Numbered from the stretch's first letter, positions 21,485-31,795 are shown. The stretch is DNA of 64,000 bases from a virus (IMGVR_UViG_3300035670_011224:32001-96000); one strand, 5' to 3'. Made by a program: numbers and translations. The notes: generated by a model not told the origin, from the letters alone.

Positions 21485-22272
21485 TTGTAGTCTATATATA
21501 AATGATTGTTTAGTAAATATTTTGCTATAACTTTAATTTCACTCTTGTTTTGGTATATTAACTGATATAAGTCTTTATTTTTTATTTTTGTTGGTTTTTT
21601 ATATTTTACAGGCAAGGCTTTGGACACTGTTTCCAAATTTTCTGGAAGATATGAACATATACCTATGTTGTAACCAGTGTAGACTTTATTTTTATTGGTT
21701 TGTTTTTTTATACTAACCCATCCATCAGCATCCCAATATCCTCTTATAAAATCTGGCCATAATAATTGATCCGACGGTAATTTTAAAGTACTATACCATG
21801 TTTTTCTTGGTATAATACCATATTTTGATATATTATTTGCTAAAATATCGCTAGTAAATTGAAATGTACACCTATTATCGTAGTCTTTTACTATATTAGA
21901 GCCTATTAAAAATTTAGAAAATTTAATCAAATGTTTTTTTGATTCTGACCCCAAGCATAATTGTAGCTTATTACTATCACTAATATTTCCATCGCCAAAA
22001 ATAAAACCAAGCCAATAAGCTGATGCGGCATCTAATTTAGAAAAATCATTTAATAATTTTTTTTTACTATTTTTAGTAAATCTAGTTGATTTTGCTAAAC
22101 AACCACAACTTTTAACATGGTTAATCTTTATCATAGATAGTTTCTTATAACAGATATTGCCGCATTTACATTTACACTTAGCAATTGTTTCTCCTTTACT
22201 ATCCGGAACTAAAGTTATTATAGTAAGTAAATTATAACTCTTATTTTTATAGTCTTTTATTTTAGTTTTCAT
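21454..22272 (-). mobile_element. Free-standing LAGLIDADG homing endonuclease inserted in dnaE
   Basis: AYWLGFIFGDG and FIRGYWDADG; N-terminal CKCKCG..KSCGC domain; GGAGG RBS at 22277-22281 favours a start at 22272. Confidence 0.88.
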
Positions 22273-22294
22273 ATTGCCTCCGGAATTATACTGT

Positions 22295-23593
22295 TTATAC
22301 ACCATTCTTAAATGTTTGTATAGAAAATTCCGGAAAAGATATGTGTTCTTTTACATTCCTGCCATCGGAATAAAATCTTTCAAATAGTAATTCATGTTTA
22401 ATAGGATCTATATCTGTAATACCTATTAAATAAGAAACCAAGCATCCGGCTGCGCTTCCTCGTCCTGGTCCTGCTAACCAATTATTATTTTTAACATGTC
22501 TTAGTATGTCTTGAACAATTAGAAAATAACTACTAAGCCCAGCATTTTGCAAAACCTGTAGTTCATATTTTATTCTATCAACATAAATATCGTGTTGTGA
22601 TTTGTCAATATTCGGTATAATTCTATTTTTCCAACCTTTTCTACATAATTCTCTTAAATATTCATCCGGAGAGAATCCTTCGGGACATTCGAATTTAGGC
22701 AATTTAGGTGGCGATAGTATATCAAAATTTTCTATTAGACTATCCACAAACAAAGTGTTTTCTATCTCTTCGTCATTATGAAGAGTTTTCATTTCTTCTG
22801 GAGACAGAATGTAGTATTTATCGCTTTTAAAGAAACACTCCATAGGCACAGATTGATTATGAAGCATCTTAGTATTTATATCTGATAATGTTGTTTTAAG
22901 ATTATTACAGAGCAATATTCTTTGATCTATAGCATCGTCCTGTTCACAATAATGAGCATCCGGTGTGCATACCGCTTTTGTTTTACTTAATTCAGAAATT
23001 CTTCTTATTGTATCTGTCAAATATGTTTGTTGTTTTAAATATGCTTGATCAAATAGTTGTGTCTCTAGAAAAAAATTATCAGTGCCAAATATAGTTTTCA
23101 TATAGTCCACAAAAGATAATCCATTGTCTATAGCTTTGGATTCGTCGCATAATATCTTATCTGCTAATGTTGATCCCAAATGTCCACAAATACCTATAAT
23201 GTTACCATCCAGTATTTCTGCTAATTTAGCCAGGCTTAAACGCGGCTTATGATAAAAGTAATCGGGTCTGTTAGATTCGGAAACAATCTTTATTAAGGTT
23301 TTCCATCCTTGCAAATTTTTCGCCAATACCAAAAAATGTGATAATGAAGCATTTTCTTTTGTTTGTATACTCGGATCATCTTCACATATATATAATTCAC
23401 AACCAAGAATTGGTTTTATATTTTTATTTCGCATTTTCTGATAGAACTGTACAGAGCCGGCGATGTTACCATGATCGGTTAAGGCACAAGAATTAATGCC
23501 TAATTTAGAACATCTATTAGCTATTTGTTCTGGACGATTAAGACCATCCAAAAGACTAAAATGCGAATGACAATGAAGAACAGAATAGGTCAT
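22295..23593 (-). CDS. dnaE: DNA polymerase III alpha, N-terminal fragment (PHP domain to GRGS)
   Basis: LHCHSHFSLLDG, LTDHGN, KPILGCELY, DAHY, GPGRGSAAG, LLFERF; stops just before PDID. Confidence 0.93.
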   Translation of the reverse strand: MTYSVLHCHSHFSLLDGLNRPEQIANRCSKLGINSCALTDHGNIAGSVQFYQKMRNKNIKPILGCELYICEDDPSIQTKENASLSHFLVLAKNLQGWKTLIKIVSESNRPDYFYHKPRLSLAKLAEILDGNIIGICGHLGSTLADKILCDESKAIDNGLSFVDYMKTIFGTDNFFLETQLFDQAYLKQQTYLTDTIRRISELSKTKAVCTPDAHYCEQDDAIDQRILLCNNLKTTLSDINTKMLHNQSVPMECFFKSDKYYILSPEEMKTLHNDEEIENTLFVDSLIENFDILSPPKLPKFECPEGFSPDEYLRELCRKGWKNRIIPNIDKSQHDIYVDRIKYELQVLQNAGLSSYFLIVQDILRHVKNNNWLAGPGRGSAAGCLVSYLIGITDIDPIKHELLFERFYSDGRNVKEHISFPEFSIQTFKNGV

Positions 23594-25578
23594 ACTGATC
23601 CTGGTGCTTTGTAAGATCCAAAAGAATGATTCGGGTGTTTGTACATACTCATTGTAGCATCGATCCCGTAAAGTTCAAGGTCGTGCTTGACTTGTTCGCA
23701 CTTTGTCATGACAGATCCTTTTTGACATATTTGTCCATCTCTATATTCCTCCAAAGGTTGTATGCTAGTATTTTCAAAAGTGGTTTTACCGAAATGGCAT
23801 AATTTATTACACATCCATGTTTTATTAAGCTTAGGACGTTTTGTTTTCTTAATAATATCAAATTTTTCTCTCAACATATTTTCTGTGTCTATGAGATCGC
23901 TATCATGAAATACCATAGAAAAAGGACCACCATCATTAATAAAGTAGATAGAAAAAATTACATTTTCAATATGCGGATATAATTTTTTAATAGCATAGTG
24001 ATAAATTTTAAGTTGTGGATCTTTTTCTAACTTTTCTTGGGTTTTTTCTTGACCGGTTGCCCAATCTAGTCTTCGTCCAGTATTATGTGTTGGAATATAA
24101 TTTTCTGTACACAGATAAGTATTGTCTGGACTGTCTACGGAAATGCATTGAGTTTTTTGTATAATCGATTCTTCTATTTTAGAAACTCGTCTAACCCTAG
24201 ATCTTCCAGATCCCCAATTTACATCCACAAGTTCTTTTTTCCTGTTCAATAGAAAAGGATTAATATCAATTGGACGAAACGAAATAGGATATATGATTAC
24301 GTTTTTTTTGTAATTTGTATCTCTTTTAATACACGCTTGATTCGGTCTTTGCCCAAGGGTTAAAAGTAGGTCTTTAACATCGTCGGATAGTTTTTTATTA
24401 CAAGAAGTAAAGATGGTTTGTTTTCTAATTGGATTTACATTTCCGTCTGTATCCATCAAACCCCTTAGTAAGTCTAGTCTTTGTTGAAAAGATGCTCTCA
24501 AATAAATTTTTGGTATATGTTTATTATTCAATAGGTTTAAAGATTTTAGTATTTTTGTCACATTTAGGATCGATACTGTCTTATTTTTTGATCTTTTATC
24601 ATTTTGAATTTTTCCTAGCTCATAACCTCTTGCTTGTATTTCTTCAAAAATTTCGATATCATTGCCACTAATCTCGCAGCCTCTATTTCTTCCGTCTCCT
24701 AACCAGACTCCTAATAGATAAGGATCTATTGGTAGGGATTGTTCATTACATTTTAATGGTTTTGTCACATTAATAGTATCGCCAATAGCTAGATCCTGTA
24801 TAGATACCGTTTCACCATTAGATAATTTCCATAAATGCTCATCGTCACAAATTACCGATGTTTTGTCATCAAAAGTTACTCTGAAACATTTTTTTGTTTT
24901 GACTTTTGATTTTCCAACAACGCGACATATATTACCGTATTGATCAAAAACATTACATCCCACATTTATATCTGCAATTGTTGTCCATCCGTCAAGAGTA
25001 GGTAATTTTGTATCTAATGGCAATCCTTTCCAATCTATGACCTCAATAGTATTATCATTGGCCAAAGTTATAAGATCTATAGTGCCTTTTAAACCCAAAT
25101 ATCCATCTAGTTTTTGATTATTGATATTATACTCGTATTTAGCCCATGGTTTTTCTATTACCAAATCAAAATGTTGTTCTGGTCTAAGAATTGTGCGATT
25201 TCTAGGATCAAACATACCACCATTAAATTCTATAGCCTTGTAAACCCAATTATAGCAGTCCTTATAATCTTTTAGAGTCCAAGTATGATGACTATTAGCG
25301 GTACTATAATGCTTGTATACTTTTTCTATTATGGTATTAAGACTATAGTCGTTTATATCTATAAGACCTAAGAATTCGTCGTCGTTTATATGAGATAATT
25401 TATCTTGCTGACCTTGTTTGATCATAGCAAGAATTTCTAAAACTTTATGGACTATTGTTCCTTTATCCGCCTTTTGTCCACTTGGACCCCTCCATCCTAG
25501 TACATATTCAAAAAAAAATTGTTGTTCACACATAGAATGGGCATTATAAGATGAACTACGGAAATAAGTTATAATCAT
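23590..25578 (-). CDS. Cas4/RecB-like PD-(D/E)xK exonuclease containing an intein
   Basis: GTIVH, GTIDL, IDWK|TG, QLKIY; Cys pattern C...CxxxC...C; interrupted by an intein. Confidence 0.85.
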   Translation of the reverse strand: MIITYFRSSSYNAHSMCEQQFFFEYVLGWRGPSGQKADKGTIVHKVLEILAMIKQGQQDKLSHINDDEFLGLIDINDYSLNTIIEKVYKHYSTANSHHTWTLKDYKDCYNWVYKAIEFNGGMFDPRNRTILRPEQHFDLVIEKPWAKYEYNINNQKLDGYLGLKGTIDLITLANDNTIEVIDWKGLPLDTKLPTLDGWTTIADINVGCNVFDQYGNICRVVGKSKVKTKKCFRVTFDDKTSVICDDEHLWKLSNGETVSIQDLAIGDTINVTKPLKCNEQSLPIDPYLLGVWLGDGRNRGCEISGNDIEIFEEIQARGYELGKIQNDKRSKNKTVSILNVTKILKSLNLLNNKHIPKIYLRASFQQRLDLLRGLMDTDGNVNPIRKQTIFTSCNKKLSDDVKDLLLTLGQRPNQACIKRDTNYKKNVIIYPISFRPIDINPFLLNRKKELVDVNWGSGRSRVRRVSKIEESIIQKTQCISVDSPDNTYLCTENYIPTHNTGRRLDWATGQEKTQEKLEKDPQLKIYHYAIKKLYPHIENVIFSIYFINDGGPFSMVFHDSDLIDTENMLREKFDIIKKTKRPKLNKTWMCNKLCHFGKTTFENTSIQPLEEYRDGQICQKGSVMTKCEQVKHDLELYGIDATMSMYKHPNHSFGSYKAPGSV
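24082..25026 (-). mobile_element. Class 3 intein (315 aa) with LAGLIDADG endonuclease
   Basis: Starts GLPLDTKLPTLDGW; block B EHLW; block F QCISVDSP; ends PTHN/T; YLLGVWLGDG and LRGLMDTDG. Confidence 0.9.
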
Positions 25579-25587
25579 GATATCCTA

Positions 25588-26181
25588 TTATTGGGGTATT
25601 ACATTAAAATGTAACATAAGTTTTTTAAGTTTATCGTATTGCTCTCTAACTGTCATATGTTCATTATTAATGATAGCATTAAAATTATTCCAATCATATC
25701 TACAAGCATCCAATATTGATTCACTAATATGTTCTGATTTGTGTGGATTTCTATTTAGTCGAAATACTATTCCTCCATTATTTTTTATAGCTTCTACTTC
25801 ATTAGGAAATCTACAATCAGAAACTATAACAACTTGAAGTTTACTCTTTTTAATTTTATTGATAAGAGCATTTACCCAAACATTATTATTTAATTTTCTA
25901 AATAAGTCAGTACCTATTAATTGCATTAAATCTCTAGCTGTTAGTTGCTTATCTTCCCAATAGGCATCAACTAGTTCATTCTTGTTATGATCTTCGCCAT
26001 AACACTGAGCATATGATAATCCAAACATATTCATGCATATGTCTTCTTTTAATGGGTCTGCAAAGTTATATATTTCAACATCAGAATATCCATTGGATAA
26101 TAATAATCCTTTTAAAAATTCTGAACAAATAGTTTTGCCAGACTGCTTACGGCCAGAAAATGCTATTATTTTAGTATTCAT
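25588..26181 (-). CDS. Deoxynucleoside monophosphate kinase
   Basis: SGRKQSGKT, FADPLKE, RDLMQLIGTD, SDCRFPNE. Confidence 0.9.
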   Translation of the reverse strand: MNTKIIAFSGRKQSGKTICSEFLKGLLLSNGYSDVEIYNFADPLKEDICMNMFGLSYAQCYGEDHNKNELVDAYWEDKQLTARDLMQLIGTDLFRKLNNNVWVNALINKIKKSKLQVVIVSDCRFPNEVEAIKNNGGIVFRLNRNPHKSEHISESILDACRYDWNNFNAIINNEHMTVREQYDKLKKLMLHFNVIPQ

Positions 26182-27350
26182 TAGTATTTATCTTTTAATT
26201 GTGGTAAAATAATCTCTTTTACTTCAGCTACTGACATATCAGCAACATCACTGTGGTCAATATCAATATAGAAAACATTATATGTCTTATGACATTTATC
26301 ATAGATTTTTTGAGCAGCTCTTTTGCCAGCGTCATCATTGTCCATAAGTATATATATGCTCATTGCTCCAGAAATATCCAATAACAATTTTTGTTTTTCT
26401 TGTAATACAGAGCCGAATAGGGCTACGCTATTATGAATTCCGGCCTCTTCTAGTCTCCAAACATTTCCTGGGCTTTCAACCAAAATAATATTTTTATTCT
26501 GTTGTATATAGTCTTTTGCATACCATAGATTATATAAATACTCTTGTGTTTTAAATCCCTTATTATGTTTCCACTTAGAATATTGCCATGAATAATCTGA
26601 ATTCGGACAATCTTTTGTTAAATTATGATAACTTTTACATTTAGAGCATTGAGTAAAAATGCTTCTGCCAGAACAACCTACCATATGTTCATGAGTGTCG
26701 TCGTATACTGGCACAACAGCCCTATCGCCCATTTCTTTTTCGGAACTTAAACATTCACCAACATCATATTTGATAAGTATCTCAGGAGAAAATCCTCTAC
26801 TAATAAAATAATCTGATGGAATTTTTAAATTCTTTACTATTTTATCTCTTGTGATTTTAGGAGTATCGTCAACAGATCTAATATCTGTTTGTATATTATT
26901 AACAATATTTACAAAATTATTTTTTTCTACTTCTTTTTTACTAACTTTTATTTGACTAGGATTCTTTTTAGTAAAATTAATAGCATATTCTACAGCATCA
27001 TTAAAAGAAACGGTTGGATCGCCCGGTCCTGTCCAACCATTTTGTTTAGACAAACAACCTCTTATAAATCCTATAATAGATCCTTTGAATGTTTCTTCGC
27101 ATTGATGCGTTCTGCATTTCCAGTTGCCTCTATATGAGTCTCCTTTGTAATATAAATTACAAGCAGAATTATTATCTCCGCCATGAATTGGACATCTCAT
27201 GGCTATCATGCGATCAAAAGTTTTGTATTCTCCAACATTTAAATTATCTAGTAAATTATCTATATCTTCACATAAATAATCAGATAGTATCTTAAGTTGT
27301 TGTTGATTATACGAACGGGATTTCTTGATCGTCATTGTTGTTCTCATCAT
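26181..27350 (-). CDS. DNA primase (DnaG-like)
   Basis: CPIHGGDN...WKC..C zinc finger; TOPRIM LVESPGNV...MDNDDAG; next to the helicase. Confidence 0.88.
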   Translation of the reverse strand: MMRTTMTIKKSRSYNQQQLKILSDYLCEDIDNLLDNLNVGEYKTFDRMIAMRCPIHGGDNNSACNLYYKGDSYRGNWKCRTHQCEETFKGSIIGFIRGCLSKQNGWTGPGDPTVSFNDAVEYAINFTKKNPSQIKVSKKEVEKNNFVNIVNNIQTDIRSVDDTPKITRDKIVKNLKIPSDYFISRGFSPEILIKYDVGECLSSEKEMGDRAVVPVYDDTHEHMVGCSGRSIFTQCSKCKSYHNLTKDCPNSDYSWQYSKWKHNKGFKTQEYLYNLWYAKDYIQQNKNIILVESPGNVWRLEEAGIHNSVALFGSVLQEKQKLLLDISGAMSIYILMDNDDAGKRAAQKIYDKCHKTYNVFYIDIDHSDVADMSVAEVKEIILPQLKDKY

Positions 27351-28773
27351 TAACGATAAATCCTTTGTCTGTGTTAGTATTATTATTTACTAATTCCAAT
27401 CTTGTCTTACCTTCTTCAATTTTTGCACACCAGCCCTTCATGTGACAATTAATATAGTCATTGTCGTCTAGACCTCCACCGTGTCTACTAATAATAGGAA
27501 CAAGTTTTCTATTACCATTAGTCGGTCCGTCTTCGGCAATCTCTTCGTCGCTTTTTCTTTTGAAAATAGTAAAATTGCTACATAACCATATTATACGATC
27601 AGAGCCGCTGGCGGTATCTGTGGTTTCTTTTGTTATACCATCCCTATTTAATTGTATAAAACCAAGAATAGGAACTTTATATCTGACAGCAAAATTATGT
27701 AAGCTTGTCATCATAAAACCTAAAACCTGATACTCTTTCATATCCTGAGATATTCCTGCACTATCCATTAGTTTTAGATAATCATAAACAATAACGCAGT
27801 CTTTGGCTGTTCCATCTGGGTGTAGCCCAACCTCTTTAACCAACCATCTTCTCATGATAGCCAATTGTTCTTCAAATGGTTTACCAGCGATTGACTTGTA
27901 ATACAGTCTAACATCTTTAAGTTCTTTTTGAGCCGTTTGTAATCTATTATTTTTATCCGGAGACTCAAATGCTTTACCGGTTTCTATACTTGAAATCTCT
28001 ATTTCTGTCATCATGGCCAAAACCCTATTAAGATGATCGTCTGTGCTCATCTCGGTGTCCATATTTAATACTGGCACTTTGACATTTTTTGCTATGTGTA
28101 AACCAATATTATCTGCTAGCAGAGTCTTACCAGTTTTTGGTCTTGCAGCTATAATACTTACTGATCCTTTTCTAAGACCACCACCTATAGCATTGTCATA
28201 AACATGAAATCCTGTAGATATGCCAACTTGATCAATGGGATTTTCTTTGATATTATTGATATAATCATCAACGATATTTGCTATACAAACAGGATTATTG
28301 TCGGTATCATTTAGCAGTGTTGAGAAATTGAAGATACTATCTTCTGCTAATCCTATAATCGACGATATTGGTTCGGCACCGGTTATATCTAATAATTTTT
28401 CTTTTGCTTCTTCTAGTTGATCTCTAAGTAATCTAGCTATTTGTAGTTTTCTAATTTTAGCTGCAAATTTTCTAACATTTTCTAGATTAACCGGAAAATC
28501 TATAATAGCTTTTAAATGTTGAGTCTCATTTTTTTGAGATAAAATATGACCAAAATTTAATGATTGAGCAACAGATAGTATTGAGGCTATATCTATAGAA
28601 GGACTATGATCTTTTTCACATATTTCTTTTATTACTTGATATATCATTATATTACTATCAACAGTAAATGTTGATGGCTGTATAATATCCGCAATATCTA
28701 AGTATGCATTTTCACCGTATTTGCATATTCCAGACAATACCGCTCTTTCTGCGGCAGGATCACAAAGTATCAT
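27307..28773 (-). CDS. dnaB: Replicative DNA helicase
   Basis: AERAVL, GISTGF, AARPKTGKT, DTEM, YDYLKL, QLNR, SRHG. Confidence 0.93.
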   Translation of the reverse strand: MILCDPAAERAVLSGICKYGENAYLDIADIIQPSTFTVDSNIMIYQVIKEICEKDHSPSIDIASILSVAQSLNFGHILSQKNETQHLKAIIDFPVNLENVRKFAAKIRKLQIARLLRDQLEEAKEKLLDITGAEPISSIIGLAEDSIFNFSTLLNDTDNNPVCIANIVDDYINNIKENPIDQVGISTGFHVYDNAIGGGLRKGSVSIIAARPKTGKTLLADNIGLHIAKNVKVPVLNMDTEMSTDDHLNRVLAMMTEIEISSIETGKAFESPDKNNRLQTAQKELKDVRLYYKSIAGKPFEEQLAIMRRWLVKEVGLHPDGTAKDCVIVYDYLKLMDSAGISQDMKEYQVLGFMMTSLHNFAVRYKVPILGFIQLNRDGITKETTDTASGSDRIIWLCSNFTIFKRKSDEEIAEDGPTNGNRKLVPIISRHGGGLDDNDYINCHMKGWCAKIEEGKTRLELVNNNTNTDKGFIVNDENNNDDQEIPFV

Positions 28774-28776
28774 TTT

Positions 28777-29178
28777 TCATCCAGCGTTTGTTGAACAGTT
28801 ATTACATTTATAGCGAGAAGGACTATCATGCACAAGGGCCGGATTTATATTTTCTGTTTTTCCACATACTCTGCATTTCACAGATATCGGCTCGTATTCT
28901 CTTGTTCGTGCAACTGGTGGATGTTTTGCTAATTTTTCATCTATTAGATTATCATCTTTGTGCATATGAAACTCACTCATTTTTTCAAATTTATTACCAG
29001 ACTGTGCTGGAAGTCTTTTATTTTTAGTACGGATACTATTTGTTAGTTGAGTATCTTCGCTCTCGACAGAGGAAATCTCTTCTTTTGTTTCAGCTTTTTC
29101 GTCTGGTAACAAAGACTGAAGTACGGTAATTAAATTTTTTATTTGTTCTGGGTTGTTTAATAAATCTTTAAGATCCAT
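28777..29178 (-). CDS. Hypothetical protein with C-terminal zinc ribbon
   Basis: CRVC...CNNC. Confidence 0.55.
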   Translation of the reverse strand: MDLKDLLNNPEQIKNLITVLQSLLPDEKAETKEEISSVESEDTQLTNSIRTKNKRLPAQSGNKFEKMSEFHMHKDDNLIDEKLAKHPPVARTREYEPISVKCRVCGKTENINPALVHDSPSRYKCNNCSTNAG

Positions 29179-29659
29179 GTTTACTTTTACTCTTTTGGAT
29201 GGAAATCATAACATCAGATAAGTTTTTTATACTATTAGCAAGATATTGCAATCTATCACTACGTTGTTTTGCATATTTTTTTATACTATTCAATCCATTA
29301 GCTTTTTCATTATGTTTAATAGCCTGTATTGATTTTTCAATATAACCATATCCTTTATAGTTATTAATATCGTCTGCTATAACTTCTTTTATATTTTCGT
29401 CCGCCCAGTTATATCTTGCTATTTCTCTATTTAAACTACGTTGTACATAGAAAGAGAATTGGGATAATCTATATGATATTTGCGCACAATCTTCTGGACT
29501 TAATTTCTCTATTTCATCTCTGTTCATTGATGTATATTTATTAATTTCTTCCGATGGTATAATACTAGCAGAGAATTCCGATAAACCTATAGAATTTTCG
29601 TATTCGTCTAAGATTTTATCCCAATACTGTAATTCTTCTTTAGATGATTTGCTGTTCAT
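29168..29659 (-). CDS. Helical hypothetical protein (possible UvsY-like recombination mediator)
   Basis: Coiled-coil character; lies two genes after recA. Function is inference only. Confidence 0.35.
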   Translation of the reverse strand: MNSKSSKEELQYWDKILDEYENSIGLSEFSASIIPSEEINKYTSMNRDEIEKLSPEDCAQISYRLSQFSFYVQRSLNREIARYNWADENIKEVIADDINNYKGYGYIEKSIQAIKHNEKANGLNSIKKYAKQRSDRLQYLANSIKNLSDVMISIQKSKSKHGS

Positions 29660-30059
29660 GATTTATTCTTTGTGTCCATTGATCTATATTTTCATGATAT
29701 GGTAATTCTATGTATCTTATATTATTAATATTGCACCATTCTGATTTTTCTCTATCTTTTTTTTGAGCTTTAAGAAAACTCATCATGTTACCATGATAAT
29801 ATGGCACATACTTATAGTGTTGTTCTCCATGAACCTCAACACACCATTTTAATAGTGGTAGATAAAAATCTAAATATGCTATTTGGCCTTTTCTTATTGG
29901 TATCAAAACTTCTTCCAAGATTTGTAGTGTTGGATGAAGAGAAATTAATAGGTTTCTTGCCTGCAAATGGTATGACGACTTATTCTGTATTTTACCTTTC
30001 GAAACGTAACCTGTCAAGGCCCAAGAAACAACTTCTCCATCCAAATTAGTTATATTCAT
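29640..30059 (-). CDS. Small PD-(D/E)xK / DUF559-like endonuclease
   Basis: LDFYLP...VEVHGEQHY...DREKSEWC..NNI. Confidence 0.75.
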   Translation of the reverse strand: MNITNLDGEVVSWALTGYVSKGKIQNKSSYHLQARNLLISLHPTLQILEEVLIPIRKGQIAYLDFYLPLLKWCVEVHGEQHYKYVPYYHGNMMSFLKAQKKDREKSEWCNINNIRYIELPYHENIDQWTQRINHEQQII

Positions 30060-31072
30060 TACTTTTTAATACCCAACAGGCTTTTAACAGAATCTTCGAC
30101 CTCTTTTGCTATTTCTGGATTTTCCATCAAAAATATTCTGGTTTTTTCTGCTCCTTGAAATTTATGAGAGTCTTTGCTGGTTTTGATGGTATACCATGCT
30201 CCACCTTTATTTATAACTCCGACGTCCGAGGCCAAATTAACAAGCTCTGTGAGCTTATCTATACCTTCGTTATACCGAATAAAGCTTTTTGCTACTCCTC
30301 CAGGAGGACCGAGAGCAGAACAAATAACTTGCCATTCAACCTCTTGGCCTATCTGAGTATCGTCTGCTCCTAAAGACCATGGTTTAGAACTTTTTGCTCG
30401 TAGTTTAATATCGGTTTGATACGCGATACCTTGACCGCTTTTCTCCTTAAATTCTGCCCCGTATCCTGTTGGATTACCCATCAAATGAGTAATCCCAATC
30501 ACAATATTTTTATTTACAGGAATAACATTAGAAACTTTTCTACAGAATTTAGCTAATAATTTTGCACCGTCTGCTCTTTGCATTTTATCCATATCGCTGG
30601 TGATTTCAGCTTCTGTGCATAGCGCAGAATAAGAGTCGATGATTACTATCGAGCCAGGAATTTCATTAATAATTCTTTCTGCTATTTGTAGATATTCTTC
30701 AGCATGTAAAATCTTACCCTGTTGAGATCCTATAATATGAAATCGAGTTAAATCTAATCCTTTAATACCCAATAAATCTCTTTGTTTTAGTCTACCTTCA
30801 ATATTTAGGTAGTACACTTCTCTGGGATTTTTTAGATCTCCTTGGTATTCTGGTTTTTGTGCTGTGGTGGCAAAGTCTAGTGAGGATAAAGTTTTTCCAC
30901 ATTTAGGTTGTCCTGTAAATATCACAAAACTACCTTCTGGTATTCCTCCGCCTAGAACTATATCCAGAGCAGGACTAATAGGAATAGTGAGTATCTTTTT
31001 TTCTACCAGTGAATTACCTGATAATATAATATCGTCTCCAAAATTTTTAATTATATCTTCTTTAAGACTCAT
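30059..31072 (-). CDS. recA: RecA/UvsX-like recombinase
   Basis: LDIVLGGGIPEG, GQPKCGKT, IIDSYSAL, KGGAWY, FQG. Confidence 0.9.
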   Translation of the reverse strand: MSLKEDIIKNFGDDIILSGNSLVEKKILTIPISPALDIVLGGGIPEGSFVIFTGQPKCGKTLSSLDFATTAQKPEYQGDLKNPREVYYLNIEGRLKQRDLLGIKGLDLTRFHIIGSQQGKILHAEEYLQIAERIINEIPGSIVIIDSYSALCTEAEITSDMDKMQRADGAKLLAKFCRKVSNVIPVNKNIVIGITHLMGNPTGYGAEFKEKSGQGIAYQTDIKLRAKSSKPWSLGADDTQIGQEVEWQVICSALGPPGGVAKSFIRYNEGIDKLTELVNLASDVGVINKGGAWYTIKTSKDSHKFQGAEKTRIFLMENPEIAKEVEDSVKSLLGIKK

Positions 31073-31484
31073 TATCTATATCCTCTAGTTTTGAAAGTAT
31101 ATTATTAGATTTTTTATGATTGTTTGTTTTATATTTTTTATGAGATGATCTGTCTATATCTTTTGAAAATTCTTTGTTTTGTGAATCTAAGATTTTCTGA
31201 TGATGTTCTATAATAGGTTTGAGCATGGGCGCTCGCAACGAATAAGTATTCACGGTTTTGCTATCTTGTAAGGCTTTTACTATAGCCAAAGGATTATATT
31301 GTTTGACTAACTTATTTGCTGTTGCAATCTGATTTCTATAAAAAGCAGACCATTCTTTATTTAGCCAAAATTTATAGTGAATATCTTTTTTGTCAAGTTT
31401 TGCCTTTTTTTCACAAATAATTTCTGTGATATATTGGGCAGCAGATACTTCCTTATTATTGGAGTATCTAGATATGAATTTCAT
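31062..31484 (-). CDS. Hypothetical protein
   Basis: 140-aa ORF coupled to recA. Confidence 0.55.
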   Translation of the reverse strand: MKFISRYSNNKEVSAAQYITEIICEKKAKLDKKDIHYKFWLNKEWSAFYRNQIATANKLVKQYNPLAIVKALQDSKTVNTYSLRAPMLKPIIEHHQKILDSQNKEFSKDIDRSSHKKYKTNNHKKSNNILSKLEDIDNES

Positions 31485-31795
31485 TTGGTGAACGGTTTGA
31501 ATATATGGTCTGGTGACTTTTGCGGATTAGACAATTTTGATCTGTTATGGTCGTTCATCATAGATGCTTCTTGTGTCATAATAGCAACGGTGTTATTTTT
31601 TTTAACAGCAGTTTTTGTTATCATCAAATCTTTAGCTGTTGGTTGTTGATTCACTTTTATCAGATTTTCTGATTCTATCACCGATTGTACGCTCTCAACA
31701 GATAAATTAGTTTCAGAAGCTATTTGTTCTGTTGTAAAATTCTGAGAAAATAAATATTTGATAGCGTAAATATTATTTTTTGATATTTTTGCCAT
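31481..31795 (-). CDS. Hypothetical protein with N-terminal HTH
   Basis: TTEQIASETNLSVESV; likely start MAKISK at 31795. Confidence 0.5.
   Translation of the reverse strand: MAKISKNNIYAIKYLFSQNFTTEQIASETNLSVESVQSVIESENLIKVNQQPTAKDLMITKTAVKKNNTVAIMTQEASMMNDHNRSKLSNPQKSPDHIFKPFTK

Noticed and set aside
21210-22330. Group I intron or split intein rejoining dnaE fragments
   Set aside because: The endonuclease ORF overlaps or abuts both fragments, leaving little non-coding room. No P7/S-like core or intein terminal motifs were recognised. Not formally excluded without an Infernal search or RT-PCR.
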